DNA of 34,569 bases from a virus (Duplodnaviria > Caudoviricetes). Positions within the stretch are counted from its first letter, which is position 1. Each line of letters opens with the position of its first letter. The position numbers and the translations under genes were made by a program. Shown one piece after another: positions 1-8,494 of this stretch. The notes under the pieces were generated by a model. The model saw nothing but the letters and a program-made list of their open reading frames with translations. It was not told the origin of the DNA and made no database searches. The stretch is from IMG/VR virus record IMGVR_UViG_3300037509_000105, positions 1 through 34,569 of that record, one strand, 5' to 3'.

Positions 1-388
1 ATGATCGCGGGGGTATTGGTGCTCACACAGCCGGTCTTCGGGGCTGAGTCGTGCTCGATGTGGGATCTGCGAGACTCCTTTACCGCCCTTCCGGCACGTT
101 CGGCCCTCAAACAATTTAGCGTGCCCGCGCAGTCAAAGGGCTGGGCGTGGGTGCCTGTCTTGGCCCTCATTTTCCGTCAGGACCTAGTACGCGAAGGAGT
201 CCGTGACGGTCCCGGCAGAGTGCACTAAGGGCGCCGCGCTGCCAAAAGGATCGGGCACCTAGTCCCGCTCCGCTGCGCGTCTCGGAGACGACGCCCTCTG
301 AGGAAGTTGCCGTACACCACGATCATCGCCATCGTTCCAGTCCTCTCCTACTTAGTCGCTGCCGTCCCACGCCATCGTTCGCCCCGAC

Positions 389-757
389 TCACCCGATAGA
401 GGCTGCTCGCTCAGCGAGCCCGTACCACGCGAGCGCCGAGCAGATGGCAACAAGACTTGCGGCCAAGACGAGAACGAGTAGGCGGTTTCTGAGGGAAATA
501 ACCGCGACCAACGCGGCACCCGTGCATGAGAGGGGCAGGAGTCCGTACAGGATCAACACTATCGGGAGCAACAGGAGTGCGAGTTGTCCATCTTTCGGAG
601 CAAGCTCAACCAAAACGTACAGAAGCGGGCCAAGGCCGCAAAAAACGAGTAGCACCCAAAGCAGGCAGCCGTCCTCGCCAAGTCGACGCCCGCCGGAGCT
701 TCCTCCTGAACCTCCCTCGCGGTGGTCCCTGACATCGCTAATGATGCGATTCCTCAA
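389..757 (-). CDS. Small membrane protein, unknown function
   Basis: 122-aa ORF with about 3 hydrophobic segments; co-oriented with the next two genes. Confidence 0.55.
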   Translation of the reverse strand: MRNRIISDVRDHREGGSGGSSGGRRLGEDGCLLWVLLVFCGLGPLLYVLVELAPKDGQLALLLLPIVLILYGLLPLSCTGAALVAVISLRNRLLVLVLAASLVAICSALAWYGLAERAASIG

Positions 758-808
758 ACGTTTTGGTCACGTACTGGCTCCAAATGGATCGACGGCTGAT
801 TCCTTGGC

Positions 809-1021
809 TTACCGGCTCCTATTTCTTGTAATCTTCGCGACCGAAAAGATCACGAAGAAGAGCATGGCTCCTGAGAAGGCCAGCGCTATGACACGCGCTT
901 GCAAGCCAGTTGATGGGACCGCCGCATTCCACCGACCGCTCACGAACTGGGCCACTCCCGCAACGACGCCAAGAGTCGAAAGCATGAGAGCGCACGTCCA
1001 AAAGCCTCTATCGTGGTCCAT
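809..1021 (-). CDS. Small 2-TM membrane protein
   Basis: ATG directly preceded by AGGAGTAGGAG on the minus strand; two hydrophobic helices. Confidence 0.55.
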   Translation of the reverse strand: MDHDRGFWTCALMLSTLGVVAGVAQFVSGRWNAAVPSTGLQARVIALAFSGAMLFFVIFSVAKITRNRSR

Positions 1022-1178
1022 CTCCTACTCCTTGAGCCGCCGCGGGTGACTCCTCCTGGCGCTACAGTACTTCCGAATCCTCCATGTAGTCCGGCTGCAC
1101 TGCACCCAGTCCTCGCACAGCCTTTTGCTCAGGCAGCTGCTGTCGCTCCAGGCCAATGTCCGTACAGGATGAGGTGGC

Positions 1179-1817
1179 TCATGGCAGGGCCGGCCCGTTC
1201 TCCTCTTCGTAGATCCGAACCACGTGCTTTCCGACGCGCCAACGGCTCGATAGTGTCCTTAGCTTAGGCGCGAGTTCGGGCACGCTTGAGTGGGAAACCA
1301 AGGTGCGCACGGCGGTATGCAAGAACTCCCTCAGTTCCTTGTCCGCGCCAAACCCGTTGAACCCGATAGTGGTCACAAGGTCCGCCAGTGCGACCAGCTC
1401 CCACGCCTCGAGGGGATGCTCCCCAGCCTGAAGGAGAGCCGTCAACCGACGGATTGGGCGACGCTTGTACTCGTAGAGAACGCCGCCTGAGTTGACGTGC
1501 CCACGGGCAATGGTAGCCAGTGCCCCCACCGTTCCCGGCCGGGACCGAGACGAGACCATGCCTTCTAGCTGGTCCATCCTCCTCTTGAGCGGCAGACTAA
1601 GAAAGGCGATGGGGACGCAGCCTGCCAGGAACAGCATCAGTTGACCCCGTCTCTCGGGCTCGGCCCTAACCAGCATAACAAGCCAGAACATGCCGCCCAC
1701 CCAGCACGCGAGAACGATACTGGAGAAGACTCTCTGCGCTCGGCTCAAGCGCTGCCAGAGCCCTAGCAACTCCAAGGGAGTCGCGTTCGAGGGTGGTGGG
1801 TCTAGCAGCCTAGGCAC
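1179..1817 (-). CDS. Membrane-anchored hypothetical protein
   Basis: 212 aa with two N-terminal TM segments and a soluble C-terminus. Confidence 0.6.
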   Translation of the reverse strand: MPRLLDPPPSNATPLELLGLWQRLSRAQRVFSSIVLACWVGGMFWLVMLVRAEPERRGQLMLFLAGCVPIAFLSLPLKRRMDQLEGMVSSRSRPGTVGALATIARGHVNSGGVLYEYKRRPIRRLTALLQAGEHPLEAWELVALADLVTTIGFNGFGADKELREFLHTAVRTLVSHSSVPELAPKLRTLSSRWRVGKHVVRIYEEENGPALP

Positions 1818-2159
1818 TAAGTTGGGAGACCCGAGATGAACGTCGGAGCGCTCGCCAGCCGATGGGGAACCGAAGAACTCCGAGATTCCCGGTGCGATTC
1901 TATCAGGAGACAGCAGCCCTGCGCTCGGCCGCAGCGCGGTGGCAAGGTCGTTGCGCCTACAACGGTTAGAGTGCTGTCAATCGGGACGGAAGGGGATGGC
2001 TTTGGCCGAAAAGTCATTGGCAGAGTGCGGGTTCTACCACATCGATCTACCCAAGTCGACTTAGCCAATGGAGGAGGCTTTCAGTCTCAGAGCCCCCAAA
2101 TCTCTGGTAGGTATCGGAGCATTAGACGGTTATGATCTTGAACAGGTAAAGGTCAAGTT

Positions 2160-2280
2160 CCTACGGCCAAAGGCCGTGTAGTCGCGGCTCCGCGCCGCGA
2201 GCAGCCCATCGACTACGCCTGCTCCCTAGAGGAAGGTGCGCGCAGGACGGACCTGCGACTGCACGGCCTCCGGCCGTAGG
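2160..2280. repeat. REP/REPIN-like palindromic element
   Basis: CCTACGGCCAAAGGCCGTGTAGTCGC ... GCGACTGCACGGCCTCCGGCCGTAGG form ~26-bp imperfect inverted repeats, each with an internal GGCC hairpin. Confidence 0.7.
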
Positions 2281-2336
2281 GAGAGGTAATTCCTCATCAC
2301 CCTGCTGGAAGAGGTCTTTCGTCGCAAGCTCCTCAG

Positions 2337-2542
2337 TAGAGCGTCAACCTACATTTGTCGCCTCAGGAGGGGGAGGCTCCCCTTTGTCATCTTGAGGAGC
2401 CTGCGACGAAGGATCCGCAGTGGATAAGGCTGTAGTGGAACCTACCACCGCCCCGAGCTCGCATCCTTCGCAAGCTCAGGATGACAAAGGAATGCTCCCT
2501 TCCGACGGGCAGGTGGCATGACTAATGAAGGTTGACGGTCTA
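2337..2542. mobile_element. MITE A (IS630-type ends, REP-like cargo)
   Basis: Ends TAGAGCGTCAACCTACATTTGTC / GACTAATGAAGGTTGACGGTCTA; CTCAG on both sides (2332, 2543); internal TGTCATC..GAAGGAT/ATCCTTC..GATGACA palindrome. Confidence 0.8.
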
Positions 2543-2547
2543 CTCAG

Positions 2548-3726
2548 TAGATCGTCAAGGCTCATCTTTAGGTTGTTGCTCGTCAAAGAGAGATGCGACG
2601 CATCGAAGTGAACCTGAGCCCCGAAGAAGTGGCGCTCCTTAAGAAGAAGATCGCCTCCGGAACGTCTCCCGCCCGGGAGATCCAGCACGCCCGCATCCTC
2701 CTGGGCTCGTTCGAGGGACTCGGCGACGAACAGGTCTCTCGCGAAGCGATGGTCTCCAAGCCGACGGTCTGGAGCGTGCGCCGGCTCTACGCGGAGGGCG
2801 GGCTGGACGCGGCGCTCCGTCGCAAACCCCAGCCGCCCCGCCCGGAAAAGCGGAAGGTGACGGACGACACGGAGGCGCGCCTCGTCGCGCTGGCGTGCTC
2901 GGCGGCTCCCGAAGGAAGGAACCGCTGGACGCTCCGCCTTCTTTCGGACCACGCCGTGCGTTTAGGCTACGCTCCTGCGGGGCTCTCCCACGAGAGCGTG
3001 CGCCAGGCGCTCAAAAAAACGAGCTGCGTCCTTGGAAAACCGAGCGCTGGGTGATCCCGCCGAGAGAGAGCGCCGCCTTCGTCGCCTGCATGGAGGACGT
3101 GCTGGACATCTACCTTGAGCCGCACGATCCGCAGACGCCGGTGGTGTGCCTGGACGAGATGCCGGTGGGGCTCGTCGACCATGCCCGGGAGCCGCTGCCC
3201 GCGCAGCCCGGGAAAACGAGGAAAGAAGACTACGAGTACGTGCGGGGCGGCAGCGCCACCGTCTTCGGCGCGCTGGACCTCAAAGGCGGGAGACGGCTCC
3301 TGGAGGTCTCCCCGAGAAGAGCCAAGGAGGACTTCGCCCGCTTCGTCAAGAGGGTGGTGGACGAGCTTTGCGCGGGGGCGGAGCGAGTAAGGCTGGTGCT
3401 CGACAACCTCTCCACCCACTCCAAAGCCGCTTTGTACGAGGCGTTCCCTCCCGAAGAAGCGATGCGCCTTTGCAAGAAGCTCGAGTTCCACTACACGCCC
3501 AAGCACGGCTCATGGCTGAACGCGGTGGAGCTGGAGTTCGCCGCCTGCCACAAGCAGTGCGTCGGAGGCAAGCGCCTCGGCGGTACGGAGGAGCTGTGCC
3601 AGACGATAAGAGCCTGGCAGGACGAGAGGAACGAAGCCCGCGCCACCGTCCGGTGGACCTTCGACGTCCCTGCCGCCCGGCAGAAGCTCCACCGGATCTA
3701 TCCTAAAAACGAAGCTTGACGGTCTA
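2548..3726 (+). mobile_element. IS630-family insertion sequence
   Basis: Inverted ends TAGATCGTCAAG..TTTAGG / CCTAAAAAC..CTTGACGGTCTA enclosing a two-ORF DDE transposase. Confidence 0.93.
2593..3719 (+). CDS. IS630 transposase (orfA 2593-3054 HTH plus orfB DDE, joined by a -1 frameshift)
   Basis: HTH and RWTLRLL in orfA; VVCLDE, LVLDNLSTH and SWLNAVE in orfB; A7 slippery run at 3013-3019; orfB is in the -1 frame. Confidence 0.93.
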
Positions 3727-3731
3727 CTGAG

Positions 3732-3937
3732 TGGTTCGACAAGCTCCATCTGTCGAGGAAGTTCCACCTCCCAAGCCTTGTCATCCTGACCCTGAGGCAC
3801 GAAGGGGAAGGACCTCTCCCAGCAGGGTGTGCTCTAGGAGATCCTTCGTCGCAGGCTCCTCAGGATGACATAGCCTAGGGGGTGGTTCTGACCGTCGGCA
3901 GGGAACGTCCTATCGGCAGATCAAGCTTGTCGCTCTA
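3732..3937. mobile_element. MITE B (IS630-type ends, REP-like cargo)
   Basis: Ends TGGTTCGACAAGCTCCATCTGTC / GGCAGATCAAGCTTGTCGCTCTA; CTGAG on both sides (3727, 3938); internal TGTCATCCTGA..TCAGGATGACA palindrome. Confidence 0.78.
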
Positions 3938-4031
3938 CTGAGTGAGCCAGTATTTATGCTTTGCTGCTCGTTGCGGTGTACGGCGCAAAGAAGGGCAACT
4001 CGCACCCATGCGGCGTTAAGAGGGTGTAGAG

Positions 4032-4089
4032 TTTGAATTGGGTACGGGGATAGGAGCGTCTAGCGCTTCTGTCCCCGTTTCAATTTAAA
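4032..4089 (+). other. Long RNA hairpin upstream of the late operon
   Basis: TTTGAATTG..ACGGGGATAGGAGCG pairs with CGCTTCTGTCCCCGT..CAATTTAAA; non-Watson-Crick stem pairs are G-U on the + strand. Confidence 0.55.
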
Positions 4090-4125
4090 GGGCCGCACCG
4101 TTCGAGGTGGCGGCCTTTTCGTTTT
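4088..4125 (+). terminator. Intrinsic terminator-like hairpin
   Basis: GGCCGC-ACC-GTTCGA-GGT-G-GCGGCC followed by TTTTCGTTTT. Confidence 0.65.
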
Positions 4126-4302
4126 CGGGGGAGACCTCGAGGGGTGGCACCGGCCTGTCCACCAGCGTCAACGTGCGCGCCGGACGCGAGTACGGTCACG
4201 CCCCGAATTTTCACCACTGCGCCCACGAGGCACGAACGCAGACCCCTTGCCCCGGCCCGCACCTCTCCTATCGACGGAGCCGGGGATTTTTCGAGGTTCC
4301 CC

Positions 4303-4785
4303 ATGAACAAGTACGCCCCTTGGCTTTCAGACGAAGGCTTCCACGCCTTGCCCGTCTCCGAGCGGGCGCTCCTCATCGCCGCCTACTTTTGCGACCGGCT
4401 CAGGGTCAAGGAGGCGGGGCGTAACCGGGGGCGCTGGGTGGAGGAGTTCCAGAAGTCTGCGGGGGTGGAGCCCGGGGCCGCTTGGTGCGCTTGCTTTGTG
4501 ACCTACTGCCTGAAGGCGGCGGGCTACGCGGGGAAGATCCCCGGCGGTCCGGCGGCGGTGCGCAACTGGTTCCACTTTGCCCAGGCGGCGGACCAGCCGC
4601 GGCGCGGCGACCTTTTTTGCTGGCTTAACCCGGACCGGACGGGGCACATCGGCTTCGTCACCCGGGTCGTCGGCCCGCTCATCCACACGATCGAGGGGAA
4701 CACGGACACGGACGGGACGCGCGAGGGGGACGGGGTGTACCGGAAGATCCGCACGAGGGCAGGGAAGAGGTTCCTGCGGCCATGA
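4303..4785 (+). CDS. CHAP-domain endolysin/amidase
   Basis: AWCACFV (catalytic Cys), GDLF, GHIGFV (His), TIEGNT; ATG 4303 with GAGG upstream. Confidence 0.88.
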   Translation: MNKYAPWLSDEGFHALPVSERALLIAAYFCDRLRVKEAGRNRGRWVEEFQKSAGVEPGAAWCACFVTYCLKAAGYAGKIPGGPAAVRNWFHFAQAADQPRRGDLFCWLNPDRTGHIGFVTRVVGPLIHTIEGNTDTDGTREGDGVYRKIRTRAGKRFLRP

Positions 4786-4973
4786 CCGTCTACTTGGTCG
4801 CGGCCAGCACCGGCCTCCAGCTCAAGGCGACGGTGGGCGATGCGGAGATCTACCGGCGAACGCCGCTGGGGTACGTGGGCCAGACGCGGTGCCCGAAGTG
4901 CCACGGGCGCGGCACGGCCGGCAACTCCCTCTGCGGCAACTGCGGGGGCACCGGCAGGCAGGTGCACCGTTGA
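4782..4973 (+). CDS. Small DnaJ-type zinc-finger protein
   Basis: CPKCHGRG and CGNCGGTG (two CxxCxGxG); 4-nt start/stop overlaps with both neighbours. Confidence 0.7.
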   Translation: MTVYLVAASTGLQLKATVGDAEIYRRTPLGYVGQTRCPKCHGRGTAGNSLCGNCGGTGRQVHR

Positions 4974-5218
4974 ACGACGTTCCCAACTGGCTTATGCCCA
5001 TCGCCCTTTTCCTGCTGACGCAGCTCGGCCTGGCGGTGGCGTGGGCTTCGCGCGTCGAGGCTCGGCACCAGACGAAGATCCAGCGCATCGAGAACCTGGA
5101 GCAAAAGCAACGGGACCACGCCCTGCAGCTCGACAGCATCCACAAGGTGGACGCCCGGCTCATCCGCATCGAGGCGCTGCTCGAGCACTTTTTCAAGAAC
5201 CAGGAGACCAAGCGATGA
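4970..5218 (+). CDS. Membrane-anchored coiled-coil protein (holin/lysis accessory-like)
   Basis: TTG start overlaps the upstream TGA; one TM helix then a heptad-rich tail; lysis-cassette position. Confidence 0.65.
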   Translation: MNDVPNWLMPIALFLLTQLGLAVAWASRVEARHQTKIQRIENLEQKQRDHALQLDSIHKVDARLIRIEALLEHFFKNQETKR

Positions 5219-5412
5219 ACGGAAATTTCAACTGGAAGCTGGCCGCCTCTCGGTGGGCCAAGGGGGCGGTGACCGGTTTGGTCGGGGCCCTCTCTTCGGG
5301 CATGACGGAGCCGAAGCAGATCGCGATGGCGGTGGCCATCGGGACCCTGACCGCCGTCGGAGTGGACCTTGACGCGTGGGAGAGGGCGAACCGGCCCGCG
5401 GAGGGCGCATGA
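5215..5412 (+). CDS. Putative holin
   Basis: 65 aa with two hydrophobic segments; ATGA overlaps. Confidence 0.6.
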   Translation: MNGNFNWKLAASRWAKGAVTGLVGALSSGMTEPKQIAMAVAIGTLTAVGVDLDAWERANRPAEGA

Positions 5413-5771
5413 GGCTCCGCGTGTTCGTGAGCGTCCCCATCCTCGGTAAGCGTTGCCTCTACGCGGGCGCCGCGCCCAACGAGGAGTCGCGGGCGGCGCT
5501 GGAGATCGTTTGCGGGCTGGTGCGCCAGCTCAGTAGATCGTCAAGCTCCATTTGTCCATTTGATGGACTTACGACGGTGACGGCTCTTGGCCGCCTTCGG
5601 CGGCACCCCCACCCCGCCCTCCCCCTCCCGGAGCACCCTTCGCTCCGCTCAGGGCAGGCTCTCTCCGGCAAGGGGAGGTTCCCCCGGCACCTTGGTGGGC
5701 GCAACTGCTGCGAACGCACTCGACAATTGAGCTTTGACGCTCTACTCAGTTACACGATCGTGGAGAGGTAG
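5409..5771 (+). CDS. Small phage protein (48 aa ancestral) carrying an in-frame 216-bp MITE insertion
   Basis: ATGA overlap at the start; removing the MITE plus one CTCAG restores ..VRQLSYTIVER*. Confidence 0.65.
   Translation: MRLRVFVSVPILGKRCLYAGAAPNEESRAALEIVCGLVRQLSRSSSSICPFDGLTTVTALGRLRRHPHPALPLPEHPSLRSGQALSGKGRFPRHLGGRNCCERTRQLSFDALLSYTIVER
5534..5744. mobile_element. MITE C (IS630-type ends, different hairpin cargo)
   Basis: Ends TAGATCGTCAAGCTCCATTTGTC / GACAATTGAGCTTTGACGCTCTA; CTCAG direct repeat at 5529 and 5745. Confidence 0.85.
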
Positions 5772-5774
5772 GCG

Positions 5775-6242
5775 ATGCCGGACCTTTCCCCAAAACAAAA
5801 GGCGTTTCTCGGGGCGTTTGCCGAGACGGGCAGCGTGACGGCTGCCGCACGTGCTGCGGACATCTACCGCAGCACGCACTACTACTGGCTGGAGAATCCG
5901 GAGTACGCGAAGGCGTTCGACCAAGCGCAAGAGGAAGCCACCGACCGGCTGGAGGAAGAGGCGCGGCGGCGAGCGGTCCAGGGCGTCCAGCGGCTGAAGT
6001 TCGGCGGCAACGGTGCGCCTCTGAAAGACCCGCGCACCGGCGAGGTGTACGTCGAGCACGTGTACAGCGACTCGCTCCTCGTGGCCCTGCTCAGGGCCAA
6101 CCGACCCGAGAAGTACGCCGACCGGCACAAGCACGAGATTTCGAACCTGTCCAACGATGAGCTTATCGCTAAGGCAAGAGCTGCCCTTATTGCTTCAGGA
6201 GATGGAGCGGCGGGGGTTGCTGGACAGCCTCCAACGGACTGA
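5775..6242 (+). CDS. terS: Terminase small subunit
   Basis: N-terminal HTH (KQKAFL..GSVTAAARAA), LEEEARRRAV..G, YSDSLL..RPEKY; directly upstream of terL. Confidence 0.8.
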   Translation: MPDLSPKQKAFLGAFAETGSVTAAARAADIYRSTHYYWLENPEYAKAFDQAQEEATDRLEEEARRRAVQGVQRLKFGGNGAPLKDPRTGEVYVEHVYSDSLLVALLRANRPEKYADRHKHEISNLSNDELIAKARAALIASGDGAAGVAGQPPTD

Positions 6243-7512
6243 GGCTCGGCCGCGTTGGCGAGACATCGCCCGGCCGAACCAGCTTCCTCCCCCCGGCGAC
6301 TGGCGGATCTGGCTGTTGATGGCGGGCCGGGGGTTCGGCAAGACGCGCGTGGGGGCGGAGCTTTTCCGGGAGTGGGCGGAGTCGGGCGAGAACTCCCACC
6401 TGGCGATTATCGCGCCGACGTTCGCGGACGCCCGGGACACGTGCATCGAGGGGGAGTCGGGGCTGATCGCTTGCTGCGGGGGGATCGGCGGGAAGTCCAT
6501 CCTCGAGAACTGGAACCGCTCGATGGGCGAGATCCGGTTCACGAACGGGGTGAAGGCGAAGGCGTTCGCGGCCTTGGAGCCGGAGCGGCTGCGGGGTCCG
6601 CAGCACGCGAAGATCTGGATGGACGAGTGCGGGACGCCGGAGTACAGCACGCAGACGCTGGACATGGCGCTGTTCGGGCTTCGGCTGGGCCAGAAGCCGC
6701 AGATCGTGATGACCACGACGCCGCGGCCGACGCCGCTCATCCTCAAAGTCAAGTCCATGCGCGGGACGGTGGTGACGGCGGGCGCGACGCGGGACAACGC
6801 GGCCAACCTCGCCCCGGGCGTGGTGGAGGACCTGCGGGAGCGGTACGAGGGGACGCGGCTGGGCTTGCAGGAGCTGGACGGCGTGCTGCTGGAGGACAAC
6901 CCCGACGCGCTGGTGCAGAAGGCGTGGATCGACCGCGACCGGTGCGGGTTCGACGACGTGCCGGACCTGGTGCGGGTGGTGGTCGGGCTGGACCCGGCGG
7001 GGACGCGCAACAAAAGCTCCGACAAGACTGGACTGATCGCGGTGGGGATGACGAAGGCGGAGCGGCCGCACTTCTACGTGCTGGTGGACCGCTCGGGCCG
7101 CTACCGCCCGAAGGAGTGGGCCTCGGTGGCCATTTCCACTTTCCACCGGCTGAGGGCGGCCCGCGTCGTGGGGGAGACGAACTACGGCGGGGACATGGTG
7201 AAGGCCACCCTGCACAGCGTGGAGCGGGTGCCGTTCGAGGGCGTCCACGCGTTCAAGGGCAAGGCGCTGCGGGCGGAACCGGTGGCCTCGCTTTACGAGC
7301 AGGGGCGCGTCCACCACGTGGGGGTCTTCGAGGAGCTGGAGACGCAGCTGACCACCTGGGACCCGTCGCAGGAGAGCCCGAACAACCTGGACGCTTTGGT
7401 TTACGCGGTGCTGGACCTCGACCCCAGCGTTGGACGCGAGTTGCAGACGGTGCGCAACCGGTTCGCCCAGCCTGATCCGGCCAAGAAGAGATTTAAGACC
7501 TATCCCGTGTAA
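6157..7512 (+). CDS. terL: Terminase large subunit
   Basis: Walker A AGRGFGKT, Walker B IWMDE, TTTP coupling motif, nuclease GLDPA..ETNYGG..SPNNLDA; start uncertain. Confidence 0.93.
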   Translation: MSLSLRQELPLLLQEMERRGLLDSLQRTEARPRWRDIARPNQLPPPGDWRIWLLMAGRGFGKTRVGAELFREWAESGENSHLAIIAPTFADARDTCIEGESGLIACCGGIGGKSILENWNRSMGEIRFTNGVKAKAFAALEPERLRGPQHAKIWMDECGTPEYSTQTLDMALFGLRLGQKPQIVMTTTPRPTPLILKVKSMRGTVVTAGATRDNAANLAPGVVEDLRERYEGTRLGLQELDGVLLEDNPDALVQKAWIDRDRCGFDDVPDLVRVVVGLDPAGTRNKSSDKTGLIAVGMTKAERPHFYVLVDRSGRYRPKEWASVAISTFHRLRAARVVGETNYGGDMVKATLHSVERVPFEGVHAFKGKALRAEPVASLYEQGRVHHVGVFEELETQLTTWDPSQESPNNLDALVYAVLDLDPSVGRELQTVRNRFAQPDPAKKRFKTYPV

Positions 7513-7526
7513 GGAGCGACCCAACC

Positions 7527-7697
7527 ATGCGAAGCAAGAAGGCAAACAACCATGACGCAGACCCTCAAGAGCGGACGACGGGAGAGCCCGAAGTCCTCCA
7601 AGAAGCCGAAGAAGTAGCGCCCCTGGACGGCATGACGCCGATCGAGGAGCAGCCGGGCTACGCGCCGGGATGCCGGCCGGTGTTCGGGAGGGGCTAG
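7527..7697 (+). CDS. Small acidic hypothetical protein (56 aa, below ORF-track cutoff)
   Basis: AAGGAG upstream; MRSKKANNHDADPQ..PVFGRG; its TAG overlaps the GTG of the next gene. Confidence 0.55.
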   Translation: MRSKKANNHDADPQERTTGEPEVLQEAEEVAPLDGMTPIEEQPGYAPGCRPVFGRG

Positions 7698-8392
7698 TGG
7701 AGGCCATCGTCGACGAGAGCGCGATCCAACTCACCCCCGCCGAGGCCCCGGCGGTCGAGGTGGAGCGGGCGAAGGCCCACCTGAGGCCGATGGCGAGCAT
7801 CGTGGGGGTGGAGATGCGGCCGGCTCCGGAGGAGCTTGGGGGCATCCTGCTGCCCGAAGAGGTGGCGGACCAGTTCCGGGCCGACGTGGGGACGGTGGTG
7901 GCTTCCGGCGACTCGGAAGTGGAGCCCGGCGACACCGTGATGGTGCGCTACGGCGACGGCAAGCAGATCGACGGCTTCGCGTGCGGCGGCTATCAACCTA
8001 AAGAGCAGGTCCGGCTGTACGGCATCGCCGGGGGCAACGACGACGCGAACGACGCCGAGAGGGTGCCGTGGTGGGACTCGGTGGTGGCGGTGCAGCGGGA
8101 AGCGTGGCAGCCCACGGGGGACAACGTCTTCGTTCGGCGCGACCCGGCCCCGAAGCAGGAGGGGAGCATTTGGCTTCCCGACGAGGAGCAGACCCGCCCG
8201 GACACCGGTACGGTGGTGGCGGTCGGACCCCGCCTCCAGTGGACGTTCGTGGACGGTTCGGGAGTCCGGCGGTTCTTACGGCCGGGCGACCGAGTGGTCT
8301 TCCACCGCACGGGCATTTTGCACACCGAGATGGACAGCGGCCTGGACGTGGCGATCATGCGCGACCTGTGCGTGTACGTGGTGATGGAGTGA
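7697..8392 (+). CDS. Tandem two-domain GroES/Cpn10-like co-chaperonin
   Basis: Domain 1 LRP..GGILLP..GTVVASG..VEPGDTV; domain 2 QPTGDNVFV..GSIWLP..GTVVAVGP..LRPGDRVVF. Confidence 0.8.
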   Translation: MEAIVDESAIQLTPAEAPAVEVERAKAHLRPMASIVGVEMRPAPEELGGILLPEEVADQFRADVGTVVASGDSEVEPGDTVMVRYGDGKQIDGFACGGYQPKEQVRLYGIAGGNDDANDAERVPWWDSVVAVQREAWQPTGDNVFVRRDPAPKQEGSIWLPDEEQTRPDTGTVVAVGPRLQWTFVDGSGVRRFLRPGDRVVFHRTGILHTEMDSGLDVAIMRDLCVYVVME

Positions 8393-8494
8393 CGGCGTCG
8401 GGGTCCGGGGCGTCGTCGGGTGGAGGTCCCATCGGCGTTTGAATCTGGCCCTCCTGAGCATGGCGACGACTCTTTTGCCGAGGGGCTTTGGACT

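Noticed and set aside
1-228. 75-aa + strand ORF at the window edge
   Set aside because: No recognisable motif; cannot distinguish from the 5' region of a minus-strand gene leaving the window
1022-1170. Cys-containing minus-strand frame ending just before the 809-1021 gene (possible toxin-tip remnant)
   Set aside because: No start codon or motif support
2332-3942. CRISPR-like interpretation of the repeated CTACTNAGT junctions
   Set aside because: They are IS inverted ends around 206-1179 bp units; no cas genes and no regular short spacers
7375-7395. TerL SPNNLDA instead of SPDRLDA as a sign of inactivation
   Set aside because: The terminal catalytic Asp is retained, and SPN variants occur in functional terminases
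6187-7935. Long antisense ORFs (also 16656-18119, 22004-23647, 27440-28786, 32567-34000)
   Set aside because: Shadow frames of GC3-rich + strand genes; R/P/V/H-rich with no motifs
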